From: the human T2T-CHM13v2.0 reference genome, Homo sapiens
Assembly (NCBI RefSeq): GCF_009914755.1
Contig: NC_060930.1
DNA: 64,000 nucleotides
Strand: one strand, 5' to 3'
Part shown: one piece after another, positions 1-13,190 of the stretch
Numbering within the stretch: the first letter of the stretch is position 1
Layout of the letters: every line of letters starts with the position of its first letter
Position numbers and translations under genes: made by a program
Notes under the pieces: model-generated
What the model was told of the DNA's origin: nothing
The model's database searches: none
Seen by the model: only the letters and a program-made list of their open reading frames with translations

Positions 1-877
1 GGATAACACAGTAATTTACTACTGAAAGTGAAGACTCAGGAAGGTAGTTTGAGCTCAAACAGAACACTTCTTCCCTGCAGAAAATCTTTTTTTAAATATA
101 TATTCGCAATCTTTTCTTCCATTTGCCTTCCATTCTGTACAGGTTATTAACTGCTGACAAGAAATTCACATCTCATAAATAATGCTTAAGAGCCATTGCT
201 ATATAAATTGAATGTGTTATGAATTGTGATGGGCCTTTTTGTAGCATTCGATGCCTAGAGCAGGAAGAACAGAGGATGTCATTTTCATTAATTTCTAATG
301 AGGTGCCAATTAAAGGCAGGGAAGACGCTCCAAAGGGAAGAGTGGCCAAGCTCCCCTGAATCCTCCGCCCCAGGGCTGTCGTCCAAACACTGCCAGTGAG
401 GCCTTCTCTAAAAATTCCATTAAATTACAGTCTCATCGAGAGCACACACAGACACATTCAGCTTCCCTTTGATCTTCAAAAGAGCAATTTGTAAGGCGAG
501 TTCTGAGCCTTCTTACATAGGGAACAGCTAGAGGTGATAGGAATTGTTAATTGCCAAGACACTTCATGGGCTTTCAGTAAGGAGGAATTTTGAATACGAA
601 TTCTCCTCTGCCTCCCTGTGACTAGATAACCTTTAAATCAACAATACCAAAGTAACACCCTTTTCCTGTGAAATCTTTCAGGGTGCCAATTAGAAAAGGC
701 ATGTGGTTGCGAGGCTGGGATTATATCCTGCATCTTAGAGCATCTTCAATAGTTTAACTTCTCAAGATAGAAAACAGTTGCCTGAAAATGGATCTATTTG
801 TTTCATTTTCTACTCAGTAAGCAAATTGATCAGCTCATTGTCATTGCAGGAGTCTTGTCTCCTGAATTGACACCTAG

Positions 878-1517
<640 letters not shown>

Positions 1518-1740
1518 TGAAGTGATGTGTTAGCTGGGGCCTCTGGAGTAGTTGATCATCTCCAAGTGCCTCAGTGGTCATTGCTGCCTTATCATTCACT
1601 GTCAAACCAAATTCATCAAGCATTTACTGAAATCTGAATATGCAGAAAGCATTTTCTTAGGTTTTATGGGGAATATAGGAGCTAGAAATACAGAATCTAA
1701 GAGCTTACAGTCTAAATCTGTGGCTTCAAGCTTGAGTAGG

Positions 1741-2075
1741 GGCCTGGTGTGGTGGCTCATGCCTGTAATCCCAACACTTTAGGAGGCCAAGGTGGGGGAA
1801 TCCCTTGAGGCCAGGAGTTCAAAACCAGCTTGTTGCCCGTCTCTATTTTTTGTAGAGATAGGCAACATAGTAAGACCCTGTCTCTATGAAAAATTATTGC
1901 CAGGCAAGATGGTGCAACCCTGTGGTCCCAGCTACTTGGGAGGCCAAGGTGGGAGGATGGCTTTCAGCCCAGGAGTTCGAGGCTACAGTGAGTCTTGGTC
2001 ACACCACTGCACTGCAGCATGGGCAACAGAGAAAGACCATGTCTCTTAAAAACTAAAAAACAAACAACAAAAAAC
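1741..2075 (+). mobile_element. AluJ
   Basis: ggcctggtgtggtggctcatgcctgtaatccc start, diverged dimer, A-rich tail; internal insertion at ~1831-1860. Confidence 0.92.
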
Positions 2076-2804
2076 AAGAACCAAAACTTGAGGGAGCATC
2101 ACAATTTACCTGGAGGGCATGTTAAAAACAGATTGTTGGGACCCACACCCAGAGGTTCTGATTTGGTAGAACAAGTTCCCATGGAATGTTTTCACAGCCT
2201 TTCTGTTTTTTTATGATATTGACATTTTTAAAGAATACAACCCTCTATCCCTCCCCTCACCTATTTTTTAGTAGAACACTCTTTATTTGGGGTTTTAATA
2301 GAACACTCCTTATTCTGATATTTCTTCATAATTAGATTCAGGCTACGAATTCTCACCCAGACTACTACATAAATAATCACGCATCCTTCTCAGGGTTTTA
2401 TGGGAGGCACAGATGTCCATCAGCCCTCATTGTTGATGTTAATTTTGATATACCCACCTAGTCAGGGCATTCCCTGGTTTCTCCACTATGTAGTTACTAT
2501 TTTTCCCCTTGCACCTATAAACCAATCTGTGGGAAAACACTTTAAGACCAAGTAAATGCTCTGCTCCTCGTGAAAAATTTTCCCTAGATTCATCATCCAT
2601 TGATGATTCTTGCCTAAGCCAGTCTCTGCTAGGAGGGTTGCAAAATGATGATTTACTAACTCTAGCACTCCCTCAGCATTTACTATTTGGCACTCAGCAT
2701 TCTTCTATAAGTGAAGCCACCTCCTCTCCCCCATTTATTTATCTGTTACTGGCATGGACTCATGGGCTCTTATCTTTTTTAATGGTTTATGATTTGTTAT
2801 GGTA

Positions 2805-3128
2805 CAGTTGTCCCCTGGTATCTGCGGGGAATCGGCTCCAGAGCCTCCCATGGATACCAAATTCAAGGATGCCTAAGTCCCTGATATAAAATGGTGTAGC
2901 ATTGCACATAACCTACGTACATCCTCTCATATACTTTGTCATCTCTAGATTACCTAGAATACCTAATACAATGTAAATGCTATGTAAATTGTTACATGCT
3001 GTGTTGTTTAGGGAATAATGACAAAAAGAAAAAACCTGTGTCAGTGCAGACACAACCATCATAGGCCTAACTACATTTTTGATCTGTGGTCGTTGAGTGC
3101 GGAACCCATGGATATGGACAACCGACTG
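2805..3128. mobile_element. MER2 (TcMar-Tigger DNA transposon fossil)
   Basis: TA|cagttgtcccctggtatctgcggg start and ...acccatggatatggacaaccgactg end (TIRs); typical MER2 internal sequence. Confidence 0.8.
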
Positions 3129-4302
3129 AACTTAATTATTTTGGTGCTCAAATTGTCCTGGATTTAGCCAGTGGAAGTTATTTTCTGCTGGCTCCTGTGC
3201 TCTTGTGGCATACTTCCCATCTTTCTTCAGTGGTGGGGGGAGGATTTGGGAGCATTCCCTTATTCTTTGGCGTAACAGCATGTGTCCCTAAATTTCCCCA
3301 ATCCTGGAATCAGCCACTTCTCCAAGGACCCCCAAAGTGATTTTAATATGCACTCAAGTAGGTATTTGCTGGGCCCAAGAGGAAGGCAGACATACATAAA
3401 ATAACTGGAACAGCCTACCATAAGCATTTATCAAGGTATAGGTATAAGGTATAAGCCTATGTTATAGTGATATGGAGAGGGAGAGATTAATTGCAACTCA
3501 AGATTCTGGACAGGCTTTCACAATTGGGGCTTTAAAGGAAGATTGGGACTCAGATATGGGAAATGAGGGGATGCTTGGGCAAAGCTGGTATTTAGGAGAT
3601 GAACTCTGTTCAGCTGGATGAAGTCTTGGAGTCAAATGAGGACAGACTGTTAGAAAGGGAGGAAAAGGATTCCAGATTCCAGGCTGAGGAGTTTGGATGT
3701 TCGTTTATAGTGAGAAGCCATCAATAGTTTTGAATACAGTCAACATGATCTAATCTGACTTTTAGAAACATGAAACATGTTGGAAAGCCATGGAGGTTGT
3801 TGAATCTTTTCAAGGGAATGATCTAGAGAGAATGTGAACTGATTGAGTCAAAAGGAATATGCATGTGTCACAACTGTTGCTGCCATTGCAGGGGGCTACA
3901 CAATGAACAAACAGTGATATCCGTAAGGTCTAGAGTGGGGCAAGGAGCTGCAGTGATTAGGACACATGTTGGGGACATGCATTACCAGGCTGATCCATTT
4001 CACCAGCATCAGAAATCAGCCCACGTGTCTGTGCCTTAATTTTAATTCTTATTCAAGTGTAAACCTGTCAGGAACATTTGGCATTCTGTCTTATGTCTGT
4101 AAAGGAAAGTGAGGCAGTATGTTCTTATAAAAAGCCTTATTCTGTTCACAGTGTTCTAGCCTAGATCCACCAGAAAACCCTGTTATGCAGAGAAACACCT
4201 GAGATCTTTTATTATGACCAAAACTGATTTGACTGGTGAAATGTTATCATTATTGCCATTGTGTGGAGAGTCCATGCTCTACTATGAGTTATAGGGAGAG
4301 AG

Positions 4303-5551
4303 TGTATCCATCTGGGTCACCAAAATGTGTCCGGAATTGGTGGGTTCTTGGTCTCACTGACTTCAAGAATGAAGCTGCGGACCCTTGCGGTGAGTGTTAC
4401 GGTTCTTAAAGGTGATGTGTCCGGAGTTTGTTCCTTCTGATGTTCGGAGTTTCTTCCTTCTGGTGGGTTCTTGGTCTCGCTGGCTTCAGGAGTGAAGCTG
4501 CAGACCTTCGCGGTGAGTGTTACAGGTTATAAAGGCAGTGCAGACCCAAAGAGTGAGCAGCAGCAAGATTTATTGCAAAGAGCGAAAGAACAAAGCTTCC
4601 ACAGTGTGGAAGGGGACGCGAGTAGGTTGCCACTACTGACACAGGCAGCCTGCTTTTATTCTCTTATCTGGCCCCCACCCACATCCTGCTGATGGGTCCA
4701 TTTTACAGAGCGCCAGTTGTTTTGACAGGCTGCTGATTGGTGCGTTTACAATCCCTGAGCTAGACACAAAAGCTCTCCACATCCCCACTAGATTAGCTAG
4801 ATACAGAGTGCTGATTGGTGTATTTACAAACCTTGAACTAGACACAGAGTGCTGACTGGTGTATTTGCAATCCCTTAGCTAGACATAAAGGTTCTCCAAG
4901 TCCCCACTAGACTCAGGAGCCCAGCTGGCTTCACCCAGTGGATACCGCACTGGAGCCGCAGGTGGAGCTGCCTGCCAGTCCCGCGCCATGCGCCCGCAAT
5001 CCTCAGCCCTTGGGCAGTTGATGGGACCGGGCGCCATGGAGCAGGGGGCGGCGCTCCTAGGGGAGGCTCGGGGCTGCGCAGGAGCCCACAGCGGGGGGCC
5101 AGGCGGGGAGGCTCAGGCATGGCGGGCTGCAGGTCCTGAGCCCTGCCCTGCCGGGAGGCAGCTAAAGCCCGGTGAGAAATCGAGCGCAGTGCCGGTGGGC
5201 CGCACTGCTGGGGGATCTGGTGCACCCTCTGCAGCTACTGGCCTGGGTGCTAAGCCCCTCACTGCCCCGGGCCGCTCCGAGTGTGGGGCCCGCCAAGCCC
5301 ATGCCCATCTGGAACTCTAGCTGGCCCATAAGCGCCGCGCGCAGCCCAGGTTCCTGCCCGCACCTTTCCCTCCACACCTCCCTGCAAGCTGAGGGAGCTG
5401 GCTCTGGCCTCAACCAGCCCAGAGAGGGGCCCCCACAGCGCAGTGGCGGGCTGAAGGGCTCCCTGAGCATGGCCAGAGCGGACGCTGAGGCCGAGGAGGC
5501 GCCAAGAGTGAGCGAGGGCTGCGAGGGCTGCCAGCACGCTGTCACCTCTCA
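4303..5551 (-). mobile_element. LTR12C (ERV9) solo LTR with PBS-containing 3' extension
   Basis: Minus strand starts TGAGAGGTGACAGCGTGCTGGCAG; CpG-rich U3; tandem CCAAT-box repeats (ctgattggtg); canonical end ...ccaattccggacaca at 4326; 4-bp TSD AGAG at 4299-4302 and 5552-5555. Confidence 0.93.
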
Positions 5552-6479
5552 AGAGCATGGTTAAGCAAAAGACCCCGGCCTTTAGGAACTCCTGTTTATA
5601 TGCTGAGTCTGGGTGATGAAAGACTAAAGCTTCTCCAGTACTCCTAAGACAGCAACAATTGGGATGTATGTTACCTGTGACTCAAGAGAAGAAAGTGTCC
5701 CATCCATCCCCCCAAAAGGAAAAAAAGTTCCACAACCTTTTGATGGGAGTTATTATATATGTGAGAGCTAAGGGTAACTAGAAATCTTGAGGCAAATTCT
5801 GAGAAAATTTTCTTCCTTTGCTATACTCCTCCCTTCACTCTCACTGTACTTTTTACCTAAACATAAGTATGCTATCTGTATTCCCCATTTAATCTTTGAT
5901 GTGTAAGTGTTCCAGTCTAAAACCAGATAGATTAGTCCCTCTGCTGCTCCTCTGTAAATTGCAACTTGAGATGTTAGAGCAAAACAAATGAAACCTTTTA
6001 CTGAACACGAACTCCATGTATTTAGCCCATTAGTGCAGGACTGTCCCAGAGACCCAGCCTACCCTATGTTCTTTGACAGGGCTGTAGAGAGATGTCAGAA
6101 ACATGAAGAGCTCCCTCTCCCTAAGCAAAGGAGTATCAAAGACTGAGCTCTTCTTACAAGACCGAATGTGCAGGGCACATCCGCTGCAGCCTGTGTCACA
6201 TCCCCACCCATCCCATACTGACAGGTATGGCAGAAGACCCTTATCCCATGGCATGAGATAAATTTCCATCTTTTTAGCATACTTGCAGCTACTTGTATAG
6301 TCTAATATTAGTGGCAGTAACAGCACAATAATAGTGTTACCAAAAGGTATTTGGATAGGTTATCCTGCTTAGAATACCTTTTTTTATGGGGAGAAAAATT
6401 ATTATAAAAGGAAGTGAATTATTAGTGTCTTTTATTTTAGTTCCAGTAGTAAATAGTTTTAGTTAATTCTTTGTTTAAT

Positions 6480-7885
6480 AAAGTTTTTAAAACAGCTTTT
6501 TGAGAAATAATTTACGTACCATAAAATTTGCCCATTTTATGGTTGAATGAGTTTTATTACTTTTTTATTTCTTTAATCTTGTTTCAGACCCTGATTTTTT
6601 AGTTCTTATTACATTATTCATTTCTTTTTAAAATCTTTATTCAGAAGTTGAATGAGTTTTAGTAGATTTGTGTAAGTTGTACAGCCATCACCAAATTCAG
6701 TTGTACAATACTTCCATCATCCCAAAAAGTTCCCTCATGCCCCTTTTCAGTCGATCCATATTCTCTCCCACCCTAGCCCCAGCCAACCACTTAAAGTCTG
6801 CTTTCTGTTGCTATAGTTTCACCTTTTCTACAATTTTAATATCAGTGGATTCATACCTACATAGTATGTTGTTTTTGAAATTCATCCATATTATATATCA
6901 GTAGTTCATTCCTCTTTAATGCTGAGTATTATTTCATTGTATGGATATACCACATGTGTTTATCCATTTGCCAGTCGACATACACTTGGGTTATTGCCAG
7001 TTTGGGGCCATTATGAATAGAGCTGCATTTATGCAGAAGTCTTGTGTGGACATGTGTTTTAATTTCTCTTGGGTATATACATAGGCATGGAGTTGCCAGG
7101 TTAAATGGTAAGTGTGTCCTTAACATTGTAAGAAACTTCCAAGATCTTTTCCAAGCTTATATCATTTTATATTCCCATTAGCAATGCATTAGGGTTCCAG
7201 TTTCTTCCTGTTCTCGCCAACATTTAATATTGTCAGTCTTTTTAACTTTAGGTATTCTAGTGGCTGTGTAGTAGTATCTCATTATGGTATATTAATTTGT
7301 ATTTCCCTAATGACCAATGATGTTGAACATATTTTTTATATGTTCTTTGGTCACTCATATATCTTCTTTTATGAAGAGTCTGTTCACACTTTAAAATTTT
7401 AACCATGTTTACAAAAAGATTCACAAAATTGCCATCTTAATATTGTAACTCATCAATATGATATGTCTCTCTATTTAGGTGTTTCTCAGCCACATTTTAT
7501 ATTTTCAATGCATAGCTTGTTAAATTTATTCCTAAATATTTTAGTTTGTGATGATATTGTGAGTGGAATTTAAAAGTTTTATTTTTAGATTGTTTTTTTT
7601 TTTGCTACCACTTAGAAATATATCATTTTATATCACTTTTTGAATACTGCAGCTTTGCTAAATTTAACTTGTTAGCTCTCGATTCCTTAGGATTTTCTAC
7701 ATCCATGATCATGTCATCTGCAAATACAGTTTTACTCCTTTCCAATCTATATGCCTTTTATTTCTTTTTCTTGCCTTATTGCACCTCCAGCATAATGTTG
7801 AATAGAAGTGGAGTCATCCTTGCCTTTTCCTTGATCTTAGGTAGAAAACATTGCATTTCATCACTAAGTATGATTCAGCTATAGA
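6480..7885 (-). mobile_element. Old L1 (L1MB/MC-type) 3' fragments
   Basis: L1M 3'UTR and ORF2-end motifs (tgtatggatataccaca, tttccctaatgaccaatgatgttgaaca, atcatgtcatctgcaaatac). Confidence 0.75.
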
Positions 7886-9001
7886 TTTTTCATAGCTGCC
7901 CCCCACAGGTTGTAGTTGATTAATACATTCTAGGAAAACATGGGAAATGTTCAAATATGTTCACCAAAAACAGATGATTATTTAACCCATGGTAGGCTAC
8001 CACGTAGCCTGTAACTGGTCAACAAAGCTGTGTTCTAAAGAGTTTTGCCATCCCATAGACTCATTTCTGTTTGCAGATGAAGCATATTCCCTGTGTTGAT
8101 AGTCATATGTCACGCGTGTGTCTAGCTAGAGTGGTGAAAGCCTGCAACCTGAGCTTAGCCCTCTTATTTTTAAACCAGTATCATAAGAGACACCCAGATA
8201 GCTGTCCTGGGCTATACTCACTTGAGGTGATGAAAGCAAGCCACAGTGAGAGATGTTTAGAAATGCTTTGTTTGAATTAAAGGCATGAAAATTTGTGTGT
8301 AGATAATAGAATCACGTACCACCAGAATTAGAAGGAGCCTTAGTAATCATTTAGTCTCATCTCTTTTTTTTTTTTTTAAATAAATGAGAAAACCAAGATC
8401 GAAAAGGTAGTCCCTCACCTCAGATCACACCTGTGTGCTAAATAGTGGTATTCCATGTAGCCCCTGAACTAAACTTCAAGGCCTGCTGAAGAGTTTCTGT
8501 CCAGGGACCCCTCATGGCAGTGCCTGCTCCTCCCTTCCTTCAGCTTAGGTTTCAGCCACACTCACTGTACCTCCCTGTCACTTCTTCCTGCCCTGTAGTC
8601 TCTATTGAACCCAGACTATCTCTTCTGAAGTACCCACATTTCTTGGTCTTTCTTCCAAATTCACCAGACTCTCTTAACTTCTTCTTGTTAGTTCAGCCTC
8701 TAAAACCTTGCCCAGGACTTGGGACCCTGTGTGGAGCCTTTGCAGCAGAACCACCAAATAAGGCCAGTTATGGCAAACACACGCACACGCATAGTAGTTA
8801 GTATTTAGTCAAAATAATCGGATTTTTAAAAATGTTTTCTTTCAGATCAATAATAAATTACAAAGTTTTACTAAAGTTATGTCCTTTCCAAAGCCTTTAA
8901 TGTGTAGTTAAAACTAATTTATGTTAAGCACATTGTATGCAAATACCTGCTACTAGGTACTCTTAGTCACCCTAATAGATTCTTCCTGTGATTCCCCTCT
9001 T

Positions 9002-12000
9002 TTAAAATTTTTATTTCCATAGGCTATTGGGGAACAGATGTTGTTTGTTTACATGATTAAATTCTTTAGTGGTAATTTGTGAGATTCTGGTGCACCCATC
9101 ACCCAAGAAGTATACACTGCATCTTATTTGTAGTGTTTTATCCCTCACCCCCTTCCCACCCTTTCCCCCTGAGTCTCCAAAGTCGTTGTGTCATTCCTAT
9201 CCCTTTGCATCCTCATAGCTTAGCTCCCTCTTAGGAGTGAGAACATACAATGTTTGTTTTTCCATTCCTGAGTTACTTCACTTAGAATAATAGTCTCCAG
9301 TGTCATCCAGGTTGCTGCAAATGCCATTAATTCATTCCATTTATGGCTGAGTATTACTCCATCATGTATATATGTATATATATACACCACAGTTTCTTTA
9401 TGCACTCATTGATTGATGGGCATTTGGGTTGGTTCTACGTTTTTGCAATTGCAAATTGTGCTACCATAAACATCCATGTGCAAGTATCTTTTTTGTATAA
9501 TGACTTCTTTTCCTCTGGGTAGATACCCAGTAGTGGGATTGCCGGATCAATGGTAGTTTTACTTTTAGTTTTTTAAGGAACCTCCACACTGTTTTCCATA
9601 GTAGTTGTACCACCAGCAGTGTAAAAGTATTCCCTGTTTACTGCATGCACAGCAACATCTATTATGTTTTGATTTTTTGATTATGATCATTCTTGCAGGA
9701 GTAAGGTAGTATTGCATTGTGGTTTTGATTTGCCCTTCCCTAATCATTAATGATGTTGAGCATTTTTTCATATGTTTGTTTGCCATTTGTATATCTTCTT
9801 TTGAGAATTTTCTATTCATGTTCTTAGCCCACTTTTTGATGGGATTTTTTTCTTGTTGATTTGTTTGAGTTCATTGTAGATTCTGGATATTAGTCCTTTG
9901 TCAGATGTATAGATTGTAAAGATTTTCTCCCACTCTGTGGGTTGTCTGTTTACTATGGTGACTGTTCCTTTTGCTGTGCAAAAGCTCTTTAGTTTAATTA
10001 AGTCCCAGCAGTTTATTTTTGGTTTTATTGCATTTGCTTTTGGGTTATTGGTCATGAAATCCTTGCCTAAGCCAATGTCTAGAAGGGTTTTTCCAATGTT
10101 ATCTTTTAGAATTTTTAGTTTTAGGTCTTAGATTTAAGTCTTTAACCCATCTTGAGTTGATTTTTGTATAAGGTGAGAGATGGGGATCCAGTTTCATTCT
10201 CCTACATGTGGCTAGCCAATTATCCTAGCACCGTTTGTTGAAAAGGGTGTCCTTTCACCACTTTATGTTTTTGTTTTGTCAGAGGTCAGTTGACTCTAAG
10301 TATTCGGGTTTATTTGTAGGTTCTCTGTTGTTTTCCGTTCGTCTGTGTGCCTTTTGTTATGCCATTACTATGCCGTTTTGGTGACTACGGCCTTATAGTT
10401 TAGTTTGAAGTCAGATAATGTGATGCCTCCAGATTTGTTCTTTTTATTTAGACTTGCTTTGGATATGTGGGCTTTTTTTTTTTTCCATGTGAATTTTAGG
10501 ATTGTTTTTTCTAGTTCTGTGAAGAATGTTGGTGGTACTTTGATGAGAATTGCACTGAATTTGTAGATTGCTTTTGGCAGTATGGTCATTTTCACAATAT
10601 TGATTCTACCCATCCATGAGCATGGGATGTGTTTCCATTTGTTTATGTTGTCTATGATTTCTTTCCGCAATGTTTGTAGTTTTCCTTGTAGAGGTCTTTC
10701 ATCTCCTTGGTTAGGTATATTCCTAAGTTTTCATTTTGATGGTTTTTTTTGTTTGTTTTGTTTTTGCACCTATTGTAAAAGGGGTTGAGTTCTTTATTTG
10801 AGAGCTACTGATTTGTGTACATTAATTTTGTATCCAGAAACTTGCCGATTTATTTAATCAGTTCTAGGAGCTTTCTAGAGGAGTCTTTAGAGTTTTCTAG
10901 GTGAACGATCATATCATCCATCAGCAAACAGTGAGTTTGACTTCCTCCTTAATGATTTGGATGCCCTTTATTTCTTTCTCTTGTCTGATTGCTCTGGCTA
11001 GGACTTCCAGTACTATGTTGAAGAGGAGTGGTGACAGTGGGCATCCTTGTCTAGTTCCAGTTCTCAGAGGGAATGCTTTCAACTTTTCCCCATTCAGTAT
11101 TTTGTTGGCTGCAGGCTTGTCATAGATGGCTTTTATTATATTGAGGTATATTCCTTGTATGCTGATTTTGGTAAGAGTTTTAATCATAAAGTGATGCTGG
11201 ATTTTGTTGAATGCTTTTTCTGCATCTACTGAGATGATCATGTGATTTTTGTTTTCAATTATGTTTGTGTGGTATATCCCATTTATTGACTTGAGTATGT
11301 TAAACCATCCCTGCATCCTTGGTATGAAACCCATTTGATCATGGTGGATTATCTTTTTGATATGTTGTTGGATTTGGTTAGCTAGTATTTTGTTAAGGAT
11401 TTTAGCATATATGTTCATCAGGGATATTGGTCTGTAGTTTTCTTTTTTGGTTATGTTCTTTCCTGGTTTTGGTATTAGGGTGATACTGGCTTCATAGAAT
11501 GATTTGGGGAGGGTTTCCTCTTTATCTTGTGGAATAGTGTCAATAGGATTAGTACCAACTCTTCTTTGAATGTCTGGTAGAATTCTGCTGTGAATCCGTC
11601 TGGTCTTGGACTTTTTTTGTTGATATATTTTTAATTAGCATTTCAGTCTTACTGCTTGTTATTGGTCTGTTCAGGGTATCTAATTCTTCCTGATGTAAGC
11701 TAGGAGGGTTGTATCTTTCCAGGAATTTATCCATCTCGTCTAGGTTTTTCTAGTTTATGTGCATAATGGTGTTCATAGTAGCCTTGATTGATCCTCTGTA
11801 TTTCTGTGTTGTCAGTTGTAATCTCTTCCGTTTCATTTCTTATTTAGCTTATTTGGATTTTCTCTCTTCTTAGTTAATCTTGTTAATGGCCTATGAATTT
11901 TATTTATCTTTTCAAAAAAAACAGCTTTTTGTTTCATTTATCTTTTGTGATTTTTTTGTTTCATTTAGTTTTACTCTGATATTGGTTCTTTTCTTCTTCT

Positions 12001-12005
12001 GGGTT
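9002..12005 (-). mobile_element. 5'-truncated L1PB-type LINE-1 (~3 kb)
   Basis: Disrupted ORF2 remnants in the ORF track (e.g. 10921-11418 RT region ...[33 protein letters not shown]). Perfect 15-bp TSD tgtgattcccctctt at 8987-9001 and 12006-12020, with an endonuclease-type TT|AAGA site. Confidence 0.93.
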
Positions 12006-12898
12006 TGTGATTCCCCTCTTAAGGAGTACTTCTAAGAAGTGTGGGCCTCAGCCCAGCGCTTTAGAGTCCTTCTTTAGAAGGTAAAAACGCAGTTCTTTAA
12101 GTAATTTTAATGTACCCCCAAGTTAGACCATACTGCCTGTACATTTTATAGACTCATTTGTTCATAGGAAACACCAAGATAATTTAGAAACAAAGAGAAT
12201 TACTGGAAATTGCAAATGAGTAGTACCCACATCAATGAGGTTTCATATTGGTTCCAGTCACTTCCATTCTCTCTCACTTAGAGATTTATACCTTTTGGGT
12301 GTGTAACACATACCTTCCTCCCACTGTTGTCCCCTTCCTTGCCAGACTCAAAAAATCTCAGCAGGCAGGAGTACATGATGCTCTGTAACTTCCCACAGCC
12401 CCTATTGGAGTATGTGGCCTGTAGTGGCTGCCCAGTCAGTGGTGACTAATAATGTACAAGAAAAAATGGAAAGTCCAAGAAATGTGGTGTCCTCATGAGC
12501 CTGCTGCTTATGATTAGGGGAAAGCCCTTTTGGAACAGTGTTTGAAAGCAGGCCCAACCACAGCTGAGTGGGAATATTTCTGGGCCAGTAGCCATGTAAA
12601 TTCTTGAGGTCCAGGGTACATGTGCAGCCTCAGGATTTCCCAGTGGATTATTTGGCTGAACGAAAAAGATCCAGATAGAGTGTTTCCCCCCCACCAATTT
12701 TTATTGGTAGAGGAAGAAAATAATTCAGACTAGACATATATGCTGTCAGATAGGGTAGTGTCCTTGCTTGCTTGAATTAAAATTATTTGGTATGCTTATG
12801 AGTTTAATTAAATAACTCAACTTTGGGGAAGGGTGTACTTGCACAAATAAAACCTGTGTTTGTATTAGTACTTGGACATGAATAAGATGGGTTCTGTG

Positions 12899-13190
12899 GG
12901 CTGGGTGCGGTGGCTCACACCTGTAATCCCAACACTTTGAGAGCCAAGGTGGGAGGATCGCTTGAAGCCAGGAGTTCAAGACCAGCCTGGACAATGTAGC
13001 AAAAACCCGTCTCTACAAAAAAATAAAATAAGCCTAGTGTGGTGGCATATGCCATAGTCCTAACTACTCAGAGGCTGAGGGAGAGGAATTGCTTGAGCCT
13101 AGGAATTTGAGGCTGCATTGAGCTGTGATCATGTCCCTGCACTCCAGCCAGGGTAACAGAGTGAGACCCTGTCTCATAGAAAACAAAATA
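12899..13190 (+). mobile_element. AluJ
   Basis: Diverged dimeric Alu; TSD core atgggttct on both sides. Confidence 0.92.

Larger units (their letters stand above)
1717..3360. mobile_element. Nested old-repeat cluster: MER5A split by an AluJ and by an L1MC-like fragment (which itself contains MER2)
   Basis: MER5A-like pieces at ~1717-1740, ~2080-2170 (gcatcacaatttacctggagggcatgttaaaaacagattg) and ~3338-3360; L1MC-like 3' sequence at ~2180-2800 and ~3130-3330. Confidence 0.55.

Noticed and set aside
4875-5564. CpG island and overlapping ORFs suggesting a gene promoter
   Set aside because: Entirely within LTR12C U3.
9220-11734. Reverse-transcriptase-like ORFs
   Set aside because: Frameshifted, stop-ridden ORF2 fragments of a 5'-truncated L1; not an active or domesticated gene.
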